DNA of 64,000 bases from Pocillopora damicornis (lineage: Eukaryota): positions 186,001 to 250,000 of the forward strand of contig NW_020843829.1 in NCBI RefSeq assembly GCF_003704095.1, read 5' to 3'. Both the position numbers and the translations under genes were made by a program. The stretch's first letter is position 1. Every line of letters starts with the position of its first letter. Below the pieces are notes generated by a model. It did no database searches. It was not told the origin of the DNA and worked only from the letters and a program-made list of their open reading frames with translations. This document shows positions 23,641-35,710 of the stretch, piece after piece.

Positions 23641-24951
23641 TTTATGTTTATGTCTTAGGCACTGAGAAGTTGTCTCTCAGGACCAAATTTATGTTAATGT
23701 AAGATGAAAATTAAAAAAATAGGGTGTCTTCAAAACTGGTCATATAAATTTTCAATTGATTACTTTGATGTATACCTGCAAACAAAAGTATGACTTATTG
23801 GTACATTTGTAAGAGGTCATCACTTAAATGATAACTAGCATCTAATTTTGTCTTTTGGTATCACTTCTGAATCAAACATTAAGGTTAAATTGCAAGAAAA
23901 TTGAAACTATCTAATAATTTTAAATGGTCTTTATATACATGTAGAATGAATTTATAGTTTCAATGCCAGCCTATGGTAGTGTATTTTTGCCATAATGAGT
24001 TGGGGAAGATTTTCATTAAATTACCCCTTGGGCCCTGTAGAGTGACTGTCACCCCAGGATCAAACATTAAGGTCACCAGAACAAGACAATGGATCACCAA
24101 CTAAAGAAGCTCTTGATTGTTAAACAAATTCTCCTTGTTAACACTTAAGGAAATCTATAGAGAACAGTATGGAGAATATGTATACTGACATTAGGGACTG
24201 TTAAGGGCAAATGAAGTGCCAGCAGTTGCGCAAAATCAGTATTTGAATGATACATTTCAAATTGAAAAATTTGTGATATTAACATTTCTTTAGCTACTAA
24301 AGTATTCAATTCTTTCTGTCGTGACAGAGAATGGGGCTATTTTTCAAAACCTTTCCTAAAACGTGGTAATTGTAGATATTAGCAATAGCATATACATTTA
24401 ACATACTTTTTTTTTTTCATCACTGATAATGTTATTTTTACACTCAGAAAACTGTTAACACAATTATTATGGAATGTCATTGTGTTTCAAGGAAATAACC
24501 AAGCAGGCATCAGATGCCCTTTTTCTTGAACATTTTTGTGATTGGTCAGTTAATCATTGACTGTCAATCAAACCAATGAAAGTGTTCACAGTTTTCTGGT
24601 GTTCTTTACTTAAGGTTTGAGGCAAAATCAAAGTTGGTAATTTACGTTAGAAAACAGCAGAGAATTTTAGTCAATTATAATGTGATATCCTAGAGATACT
24701 AGACTTGAGTTGGTACTACAAAGACATGCTATAATAATTTGACAATGTTTAGTTCTCTTGTAAATAAAAATCATTTTGGATTCTGTAATAGCTGTATTGA
24801 TAATAAACCAAGGGATTTGCGTGTAAACTGTTATAAAAAGAGATTTAGAGGGATGAAGGTATTGGTTCATTACAAAACAAGACCAATTGAAATTATTATT
24901 AATAATTCCATTAATATCTGAATTCTCTTGAATCTTCCGCTGTCATGAAAA

Positions 24952-27900
24952 CTATGCCACAAGAGCTTCAACAAATGGATCACCTTCCTCTATGTGACAT
25001 GTATCAATACTGGCATTTAAACGACAGCTATTGTCTGTAACTTGGGCCTCGTTATCAGTGTTCCTTTCAACATATTGGAATGGTTCTTGTATAGACACAT
25101 TTGCAATGTTATCCTGAATGGTAGGAAGATCCATGCTAGTTCTGTGCCCTTCCCTAGCACCAAATTTAATCTGACACCATTTCATGAAGAGGAAGAATGC
25201 TCGAAATGTGTAATGGAGCAAGATGGTGAAGACTTTGCTAAGAAACACTACTAAGCCACCAACATAGGCAAAAACTGAAAACAAATGGAAACAAAGAAAC
25301 CATTAAGATAACAGAAATATTCTGCCACAAGGGCAGTTGTTAAGGGTTGGCCTCAAATTTGAAAATTCACCAACTATTATTATCATGATAGAATGTTTTG
25401 GTCTCATCTGATTCAGCTACCATGTAGAAAAATTCACTCAGTCATAATTCAACTTCAATATTTGAAAAAAAATCAGTGTTAACCAATAGACTTTTAGCCA
25501 AGGCTTTTGAGGATGAGACTATCAAGTTTGTAAGGTTTACTCCCCCAATAAACTAGGATTATTATTTCACAATGAATTTTAAAATAGAAACCAAGCTATA
25601 ATGAACAGTACTTACTACAGCTTTGGTAGACTTCTTCTAATTTTTTCAGTAGGTAATTTTTCATAATGTTCCCTGGTCTTGAACATTAGTTTGGAAATTT
25701 CAATACCTTATATTAAATTCAAGGCTCTTTATGTACCTTGGTAGGTATTTTAGAAGGGAAGAATAAGAACTTCTAAGTTGTAATACCTGTGAGAAAGACA
25801 AAGACACTGAGGTTGTAGTTGAAGATGCAGAAGGCTCCCTGAAAAATCAGAAACATACAAAGAACTAGTTATTCTAAGGTGCCCTCTGACTAATCCTTTC
25901 CAAAATGGAATCTTCTATTGTAGTTTTACAGAGGTTACTAGAAGAGGGAATACAAATGTGTGCTTCATATCATTCAGTCACACTTCACAGTGATGTAAAG
26001 ATGAGGTTATGCGTTCTTCAAGTGGTAAAGGAGTGATTTTTCTCAGAAACAACAACAGTACAGGGTCGACCTCATCACCTCCAGAAGACTAGAAGTATGC
26101 AACTAAAACATTATGATCCACATCGGAAGTGACCACGTCATGAGACAAACAATTATATTTCTCTTTTGAACAGTATGCTGTTCATCTCACAGAGATCACC
26201 ACCTTAGGAGATACGTTGCAAGAAAATGATGGAATGAGTTGAATTTTAATGTCAAATGTCCATTGTAAGGAGGTGGCTAGGCAACCTTAGAGACAGAACT
26301 CAGCTGTGAGGCAAAAGATGCTTCACAAAACAAGCTAAATAGAAAGAAGTATTTGTAGCCTTATGTCCCTAAGGGTGCTTGCCATGGAGGCAGTTTTCTC
26401 CAGAAGCACGAGCGCTACTTGTTTCTGAAGTACTGGCTAATTTAAATTAATAAGACACACAGTACAATGTCTGTCTCCATCTGAAATAAATTATGATCTT
26501 TGCTTTATTTTTGTAGATACCCTGAGGAGAGGAATTAAGACACCAGTTGTCTCGAGGTATTTGTTGTAGTCCCAATGAGGCTCAACAACAGGTTGTAAAT
26601 ACACTGCAGTAGTTTACTATTAAGTTCTTTCTTTACATCTTACCTGATCTTTTAGAACCCCCTGACAATGAAACATCTTGTGTTGTTCACTAACACAGCT
26701 TTTTAATCCATCTGGATCACAGCTATTACATGGAAAGCATTGTACCTAAATGTCAAAAAATATTGTGACTTAAAAGGTGGAGTATTGATGAAAGGGGGAA
26801 AATCAAGGCATCAGGCCATTTTGACAGAAGTGTGCCTTGCAAAGGTGTTGAGTAGTAGGTTAAGTGAAATGTTTAGTTTTCATTGGATTCAAGTGGTCCT
26901 TCATGGCAGAGCATAAAGTAGCTAGGAGTACAGCTTATTCCCCTGGCTGGGATGCCAGACCATCACAAAGTAAGCATTTCCCAATTACGTCAGCTTTAGA
27001 AACTCTTTACAGTGGCCAATCTAAATTGTCGACTTGGTCGATGAAACCAATTTATCTTGTTGTAACACCACCATTTCCCAATTACGTCAGCTTTAGAAAC
27101 TCTTTACAGTGGCCAATCTAAATTGTCGACTTGGTTGATGAAACCAATTTATCTTGTTGTAACACCCCCCCCCCCCCCCCCCCCCAACGACACAGTATCA
27201 GAGTTTCTTTACAAGCTTACCCTCTTTCTGCTAAGCTTTGTGTTCTACTTACCATGGTGGTGCTCTGACATAATAGCAAAACTTCTTTGTAGTTTTTGAA
27301 GCAAGACCAAGATACATAGAGTTTGGAGAACCACATTATCAAACAGAAGTAGACAATCACAAACATTGCTGCAAAGTTGCAGAACACATGTATCTTCCCA
27401 AATGGTCGGATGGGAAGGGTGGACTGTAAAAAAAAAATTTGTTGGTAAAATCAATCAAATGATTTCGGTAAATGTGAAGATGTAGGTGTGGTATAGTCCC
27501 ACTTTGCTATCAATAATTGTTGGGCAATAAAGAAAACCCAACAACCTCAACTTTATATTTTTATTGAAATTTAAGGTCATTTAGCAATGTTATTATTATT
27601 AATTTCTTGTAATTGTACTGGAGAATGTGAGAAAACAAAAACAGAATGGCAGGGCAGCATAAGAAAAATTTCTGTGATCATTAGCTATAATTCTTTCCTT
27701 CCCTGTTCTCCACCACCCCTAACACCACTCCTAACACCACTCCTAACGCCACCCCTAACAACACCCCTAACACCACTCATAAAGCCACCCCTAACATCAC
27801 TCCTAAAGCCACCCCTAACACCACCCCTAACACCACTCCTAAAGCCACCCCTAACACCACTCCTAAAGCCACCCCTAACACCACCCATAATACCATGCCT

Positions 27901-30267
27901 AACACCACCCTCAACACCATCCCTAACACCACCTCCAACACACCACCCCAAATAACACCCCAACACCACCTGTAACTCTACTCCTAGTACCACCCCTAAC
28001 ACCTTCCCAAACACCACACCTAACACCACCCCCACCACCACCCCTAACAACACCCCAACACCACCCCTAACAGTACCTCTACTCCCTACTCCTTTTTTTC
28101 CCCTCAATGACCTTGGCTTACTCTCAATTGACAATTATGCCTCTCTGAGAGATGTTTGCTGTGCAAGTAGGAAAATACTCAGTAACCTCATTTTATAATC
28201 AGCTCATAAACTTTGACTAAATCCAAATGATCAAATACCTTAAATTTGAATGGCATCTTCTTTCTTGAGTAGAACAACACAACATATGTTGTTGTGAGAG
28301 CCAGTGAAAGTGTGAATACTTGGGTTTCAAGACCCCTCATTCTTGGTCTGTAATATCTAGAGGAAACAATTGAAAACAGATTCATATAGTTTTATAGCAA
28401 CTCATTGCAAATTAGAAAACCTGGGCTTAAAATTCTAGGTTGTGTGCTTTCTGACACAAATTGGCATAAAGGCTTAACAACTTATGCCTGAGTCCAAGTT
28501 TTCCACAGGTAGGCCTTAAGAATGAAACCCTGTGAGGAAAAGATACCCATTTGACACATGCTGTTAAAATGCTCTTCACACACCTTTTAAATGACAAATT
28601 TCACAATATTCATCAACCCTTTTACTCACATGATTTCAATAATTGTTCTCTTTCCTGTCTGCCAAATAATACTTGCTAGTTTGGCAGTTAGAGTGTAACG
28701 ATAAATCAAACCTAACCGATACTTTTCTTCCCATCACATGTCTGCTTACCATTGTATCGTTATTTTAACCCTCTAACTCCCATGAGTAACCAAGACAGAA
28801 TTTCTCCTTACAAAATCAACAAAATATCAAGTGGACAAGTGATGAGAATAAAGAAAATATCAGTTAGGGGATAATGAGTTGATCCAATACCAAATTCTCC
28901 AAACTGACATCACAAGAACTGTGTGGCAGACAATTGGGAGAATTACTAATGAGATCCTGGGAGTTAATGGGATAAGGAAGAACCACTACCTGGTCACTTT
29001 TGGAGCTGAAACCATTATTGAATCATTTCTACTGATGATTACCTACCTCCAGTCAAACAGATCCGAGGCCCAGAAATTAACAAAGAAGAAACAAAGCAGT
29101 ACAAGGGTGATACAAGCTGTTAAAATCCAGGACAAGCCTTTAAACTTTAACCACCAGCACACAACAAAATAGGACTGTAACCAAACACATAAACAAATGA
29201 GGAACAAATAAAGACAATCACAATTTAACTTTTAAATCAAAAGAATAAAGATATTACAATGAATACTAACTAATAGATTGAAACATAGAGAGCTGGCTTG
29301 TTTACACAGCAAATATATAATTTCACTCCCAGTCAACCTTGACACCCTTTTTAATTTTGATTAATCCTGTGATCTTTTAACTTACCAATAGCATAAAAAG
29401 GATTGGTAGATCCATGAGGCGAAGAGATTGCTAGAACAAACAAAAACATAAGACCTGATTTTAGTGTTAGGGTGCCCATGCGCTTTGCTTCAATCAATAA
29501 TTTATTTGATTCTCACCATAAATGTACTTGATGATGTGTTGATAGTTTAAGGCGGGGGGGTGGTCAATAAGGTTACTAATTGTATGGTTATGCAGGATGC
29601 AAATGTCACAGAATTTCCATACTTAACAGTGTTTGCATCAGGCAATCTATGCATTTTGCACTTACCTCTGTATTGATATTCCTTGGATCAGTCTAAAAAT
29701 TCATAAGAAACCCGTCATTCATATTCAACAAAACAATAAAAGGAATTAAGTTAATCTTTTGTTTCAAATTCAGTTACATTCCAATGTTTTCATGCTCGAC
29801 AAAACTTACATAATTAAAAAAATTATAAAATAAAGTCTAAAATTAACATTCTTAACTCACATGAAATTGTTAAAAAGTATGTTGAGCTTGCATCAATCAT
29901 GTTCGGGTCGGATCAAAGTCAAAAGAATGATCGTGATCAATCTAAAATATGCTTCGAGCACAATCTCTAAATGCCCAGTTTGTAAGTGAATAGATTGTGC
30001 TTTGCAGATCCAAATCAAACTTAAATTCATTCAAGAGAAATCAAGAGACTCTCAGAGCCTTTTTACCACAAACAGTCCTTTTGGCAAATCATTCCACGTA
30101 GCTGCATCGCCATAAGCATCGAAGTACGGTGGATTACGGATGAACTCAACAACTCCAGCCCACAAAAATCCCATTGCTATTAAAAAATGGACAACTTGAA
30201 GCGTATCAAAGAAATAATCCCTGAAAGTTCTCCTTCTTCTAAAGCCTGTTGCCAAAATCGGAGGCAT
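24952..30267 (-). CDS. Uncharacterised ~388-aa 6-TM membrane protein with Cys-rich loop and acidic C-tail
   Basis: Exons 30267-30067, 29692-29666 (27-nt, optional), 29430-29386, 29174-29047, 28356-28239, 27423-27253, 26745-26644, 25838-25787, 25274-24952. All GT-AG, phases consistent, no stops. Six hydrophobic segments. Confidence 0.8.
26250..26385 (+). mobile_element. Decayed 3' end of an RTE-type LINE
   Basis: Frameshifted remnant reading ...RRWLGNL..ETELS..EAK.ASQNK...FVALCP, resembling the C-terminus of RTE reverse transcriptases. Confidence 0.35.
26975..27225 (+). repeat. 97-bp near-perfect tandem duplication of a Penelope-type fragment followed by a poly-C tract
   Basis: Units start at 26975 and 27072; the visible internal difference is TCGATG/TTGATG. 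C-run at ~27165-27185. Confidence 0.75.
27711..28090. repeat. 12-bp minisatellite (CCACCCCTAACA)n containing telomere-like CCCTAA
   Basis: Many CCACCCCTAACA / CCACTCCTAACA / CCACTCCTAAAG units that decay rightwards. Intronic. Confidence 0.85.
28612..29012. mobile_element. Nested piggyBac-type MITEs: young copy 28765-28975 inserted in the opposite orientation into an older copy
   Basis: The older copy's left part (28612-28764) resumes at TAAGGAAG...GGTCACTTTTGGAGCTGAAA after the inner TTAA-CCCTCTAACTCCC...GGGAGTTAATGGG-ATAA. Confidence 0.65.
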
Positions 30268-30675
30268 CTTAGAGCCTGAACTTAACTTTTATAATTATTT
30301 CTCGAAGTTGATTGTGTCTTGCCGAACTAGGAAAACAACCCGCAGAGAGTATGTTATGACCACGGTGAACGGTGCGGGAAATCTGGGGACGAATGTTAAA
30401 GTAACGCTGTACGTGCGTGACGACATACCTGGAACAAATGATCAAGCGTCCGAAACACCTGAAACAAAACGCTAGCAATTTTAGGCAATTTCTTGCTATT
30501 TTTCGTTCTTTTAGGAAAGCTTTTTCGGCAATTTAGGTTTTTTCGATGATGAGTTCTTCCTCTTTGTAAGAAAAAAGGAACTTTGCGGGCTGGCTTCACC
30601 GCATGTGTCAGCTGTGACGCTGTGAGCGGAACGAGTCTTCCTGTTGACAATAACAACTCTTTTTTCTTACACAAA

Positions 30676-33600
30676 ATGTGTCGAAGCCGACTTCAGTTGA
30701 CGCTTGCAATTCTAAAACCAGATCTTATGATGCACCCAGTAAGAACTAAGGTAGGTTCACTGCCTCGAGGGTTTGATGTCGATATCTTGTTTGGTTGTAC
30801 TCGGGGTGTTCCCGAGAAGAAATAATGCGGGCTCCACTGGAAAAATAGATCGAGGATAACCACCCACAACGGATGGAGAATAACTAGACAGCGAAAAAAC
30901 CGCTGAATTCAGCTAAAAGGATGAACGTCAGATAGTAATCGGGTTGACAAGATTGTTCAAGGTTGTAAGATAGGGAACTGACTGGACTTTGAATTTGTTT
31001 AGGAATAAGGAAGAGTAGTGTCCACAAAACCAAAGAGGTGCTAGACTGGGTGATCGTTTGTTTACTTATTCCTATGTAATTCCAAGTGAATCTTTAATCC
31101 TCTAACCTCGGAATATTCAGGGTGGATTTGGATTTAAGAAGTTTTGATGCAAATTTATTTAATTTGAATTAAATAGCGTTTGGAATCTTTGGTTGAGTAC
31201 TCATAAAACTCCTAGTTAAAGAAGATACTAATGATCTGCATTTCTGTATTCTGACTTGTTGCCATAAGTTTTGGATATGTTGTGAAGGCCATTTTTGGCA
31301 TCATAAAATAGTTTCAAAATTTGATGACTGTTCCTAAAAGCCCTAGGGTTAAGCTGAGGATTTAGCATTTTTTGTTTTTACCACCCATGACAGGAGGTAA
31401 AGAACATCATAAAGAACAGTGGATTTCTTGTAATCCAATCCAAAGTTACCTCTCTCAGTCTTCAAGATGCAGAGAAGTTTTATGAGGAGCATAGGGGTGA
31501 GTAGTTCTCATGTTCTTTAGAAGGGGCACTGGCATCCCTGTATTGAATATTCGTTAGGATTAGGTTAAAAGCACCCTGCGAAGCTGTAAAGTACATAATC
31601 CAAAAAAGGTTGTGGGGTTAGACAATTTATGGGGTCTAGTTTGGTTTGAAGACATTGGCGACAAATTTCTGTAGAGATATCTAGAAGACTGACACAGAAC
31701 TTTCATTTTTAGTCTCCATTGTGCTAGTCTACAAGCAGTCTGTCCTTTTCTGCAAAGTCTGTCATGGGAAAAGGAGGGACTGCTCAGAGTCTACCATTCT
31801 AGCCAGTCTCTGAGATAGCAATTTGTATCATACCCTAAAGAACTTCTGCAATGGAGACTAGCCTGATGTTTGCACTTACAAGGGTAGCACTATCAGGTAG
31901 TTCATTAGTAACTCTTAGATAAATAGACATTATGATATTATAGATATTTTAGGACCCCCTTCCAAAATTTAGTCAATTTACAGGTAAGTTTTGTGGGGGA
32001 AGTCTTGAGGAAAGGTGTTCATGAAGCAAATGGAGTAAAGTTGTTGTTTTGTTATTTCCTCAGAGCGGTTTTTCTTCAGTAGGTTAACTGGATACATGAG
32101 CAGGTAATTGATGTATTTACCAAGTAAGCTATCTATCAGTATCTATGCAAAAGAGTCCTTCCTTGTATTGAAAAAAAATTGGAGTCTGGAAGCACCTTCC
32201 ACCTCTTTTTCTTTGAAATATATAGAAATATTGTGTACAAATCTTTTTTCAATGCAAAATAGATTTATAGGAATTCCTTATGCAAGAAAATAAAGGACAC
32301 ATGTCTTCTTATAAGACGTTGAGATTTCCATTTTAAATCTTAGAGTTGATTAACATGGAACTTCTCATGACAATATCAATATATGATCCAGCAAAAGGGT
32401 GATGAGCATAGGGACATTAATCCTCCACCAATGTTACTCCAAAGTCTCTTCACTATTTTACAAGGAAATGTATAGAAACTAGAGGAGAGAATTGATTAAG
32501 AGATCATTGAGTCAAATATTTTATATAAAAAAAGTAAATCACTGCTTCTGTAAAGCGTTCCAAACAAAGACCTCTCTCTCCCCAATACTGCAAAATATAC
32601 CAGCCAACAGTGACATTAATTTATTCTGTGTTTAAACATCATAAGTCTCAAATAAGAAGGATGATAATTGTTTTTAGTAAATAACTAAAGTATCAGAGCA
32701 TGGAATCCGAAAGTGTGGATATTTGATTCCTCGTGTGGGACTTATGGATTTTTTAGTGTCCTCCCCATATGGTGAAACAAATAATATATTTTTTTTACTC
32801 TTAATCAAACCTAAAAAAGCGTCTGAGTTTTTCCCCTAAGTTTTTTGAGCTTGAGCTCTTTAAACTGAAGCTGTGTATTCAAACAAACCATTAGTCATTG
32901 TGAATAACGTTTCTCCTTCTTCTCTCAGTGGCCTAATGACAGCCATGATTCTTGCTAAAGCAAACGGTATCGCTCACTGGCGGGAACTGATGGGTCCCAC
33001 CAAGACTTACAGGTATCATATGGACTACGACGTGTTCGTTGCATCTTAAAAAAATTATGGCCTTTAGGTCTTTTACTTTTACCCAACATCCTGTTTCGAT
33101 CTTTCTCATCCTTAGCCATTCTTTCCCGTTCTTTGTTTGTTATCGCCCCTTATGTGTTTCCTTTGTTACCGAATTGATATTTTGCAGTCTCCTTCAAATT
33201 GAAGATATATTTGCCCGTAGCGAAAAATTACTGAAAATATCATGGCGTGCATTTTAAGTGGTGCAGTCCTGTCGCGTTTCCAGTCCGTAGTTAGGGGTGC
33301 AACGACTTTTACGCAATTACACACGTTTGCATCTCCTAAAATCTAATTACCGCTTCCGTTCAATTAAGCGCCCGACCTCGAATAAGCGGTCACCCTGTAA
33401 ATAAGCGCCCAGCCTCGAATATTTTTATTTAGCATATTTTTTTTGTTGGGCTCGGCCTTTGATAAGTTCCTTACGCTTGTTTGGCGCTCTGAAAATAGTC
33501 TGACTGAACTTTTTTCTTTCCTTCAGAGCAAGAGATATCGCTCCAACAAGTATCCGAGCTTTGTACGGAATAAGCGACACGAGGAATGCTACTCACGGCT

Positions 33601-34581
33601 CAGGTAAATTTCCGTTTCTTTAACTGAAGACAAATGGGGAGATCTTTTGTGGAAAAAGTTATTTTCAACTCCTAAGAGCACTCTTTTGAAGAATGATTCC
33701 AAGATAAGCTTATCCCAGACCCTGTAACCCTCTGAGGTGATTATTTGATCAGTGATTTCTTCAAACCCGTCGTCCTGTTGTTAGGCAAGTTGCTTGGGCT
33801 ATACGTTGCCTAGGGAAACATCCCCCAAAGGCGTGGTTAAGATGTAAAGGTAGGTGTAAAAACAATCTCGCTTCCCCATCAAATTTCTAGTTACCGTCCT
33901 CCCTGCCTCCCAGTGGAAAATATCGCTAACTTACTTTCTCCTAGTAATGGCTTGGTTTTGTATAGGATAAAAATGTTATCGCAACGTTAACGCATGGCTG
34001 TTGCAACAAGTAGGACTGGAATCCACTTACTGCAAAGCATGCGTCGATACCAATTTTGCGTGGTCAATCATTTCATGAGGTGTTACAATAGGAATATTTT
34101 TCATGCAAAGGGTGTTGCAACGACATTATGTGCCAAGTTGTGGAAGCTACTGTCTTTAATACCCTTCCCACTTCTTAGCTTCTCCTCGCCTCAGTGCACT
34201 CTTTGATTGATTGTCGTTTGACTTAAACCGAAGCCGTCGCAGCTGGTAATCAGATCAAAAAAAATATCGCAATAAACCAATCAAAACTTAAAATAAAATG
34301 AAACAGTTGTATCTGATTGTTGAGAGAGTGACGCGAGTTTTCTAGACCAATCACAGAGCATTGTGTCACGGGTTACAGGCTTTCGTGATTGACGTTCACG
34401 GCACTAAATATCACGTGGCTTTCTCATAGACTCTGATGAATCCGCTAAGAGAGAAATCGGCTTTTTCTTTCCCACTTTTGACTGCGAAAACTGGTATAAA
34501 ACGTACGAGCCACTTTACCGCGAGAACAGACAATCACTGGCTTGGGATAACGAACGTGGTATTCATTACGTTCCTCAATGA
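30676..34581 (+). CDS. NME6: Nucleoside diphosphate kinase 6
   Basis: Exons 30676-30750, 31394-31496, 32064-32103, 32929-33012, 33527-33603, 34430-34581. Motifs LQLTLAILKPD, FYEEHRERFFF, WRELMGPT, catalytic TRNATHGSDS, REIGFFFP. Confidence 0.95.
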
Positions 34582-35439
34582 ACAATCCTGATGGCAGAGG
34601 ACAAGTAAGGACGCGAAATGAGATTACAGTATTGGCGGAGAAGAAAGAAAAAAAAAAGGAAAGAAAAAAGAAAGAATGAAAGAAAGAAAGGAACTCTGGG
34701 CCGGAGATTTTCCTGAAAGTATGACGCATGAGTGTGGTGCATCACAAAGTTGTCACAAGTTGGCGGAACTTCTCAAACTGGCACACAAATTAATGTCCAA
34801 TTGGTTTTTACTTACCTACAGATATTTATTTCACGAGTATTTATTTGCATGTACATATTAAAACCAAAGCTTGAGTGTTGAGTAATATTGTCTGGTTAAT
34901 CATTTATCACAGACCTTTTGGAACTTTGAAGAAAAGGAAGTGTACCTCCAACATGCGCGTGTCTTCAAGTTACTTAGTAACCATAATGATGTTACTAGGC
35001 CGGGTCTCTCTCTTTTAGTAATAACCACGTGACACGAAAAGGAAACTTTATGAAGCTATTATTTTCCAATCGGAATTTAAACGCAGGATGAGAAATATTT
35101 TCCTAGTGAGTAACGACTAGCAAATGATGTGCCCAACAAAATTCTAATAGGGTTTAAGGTTATGAATTCATCCAATCCTTGCTGCATTTTATCTCTATCG
35201 GCGCGCGTCTTTGGCCCATTTTCCCGCAAATTTCCATGATATGATTCCAAATTCTCCCTTTAACTATCACAAGTTTCTCTGTACATAAGTTCTGAGAGTT
35301 TGTTAGTAAATCTAGATAACAACCTTAAACTTCTTAGGTTGTCTCTTATCATAACCTGTTTATTAGAGGATGAATATTTATTTCAAGGATTATTTCTTGC
35401 CGGTTCTGAAAGTTGATATGCCTCTTTGCTTCGTAGACC

Positions 35440-35710
35440 GAGACAGGCCGAATGGTTTGCACATTAAACTCTGGGTTGAAAGTTACTAGGTCGAGGGGTG
35501 TGGGTGGGTGTCATTTCATTGTATCCTGTTGATGAGGAGACACGAGGGTTTCACAGTCTCTTTCTCTCTCTCTCTCCACTCATGAAGGAAACTGGGTACC
35601 AGTTAACTATCAGAAAAACTCGACTGAATGTTGGGGTGCTAGCTGCGAAGGATCAGCACCCTATGCTCGCAGAATAAGCGTAATCACTGTAGCTTGATGC
35701 TACAAAATCA
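35440..35710 (+). mobile_element. Decayed tRNA-derived SINE (family also at ~12180-12320, 14210-14450, 49200-49460, 51095-51200, 55310-55740)
   Basis: Shared GGGTCATTGTGTT..TTCTTGG.CAAGACACTT..CACAGT.CCTCTCTCCACCC..AATGGGTAC core. Confidence 0.55.

Noticed and set aside
27587-28134. Pro-rich / Gly-Val-Arg-rich ORFs
   Set aside because: Translation of the 12-bp minisatellite inside an intron.
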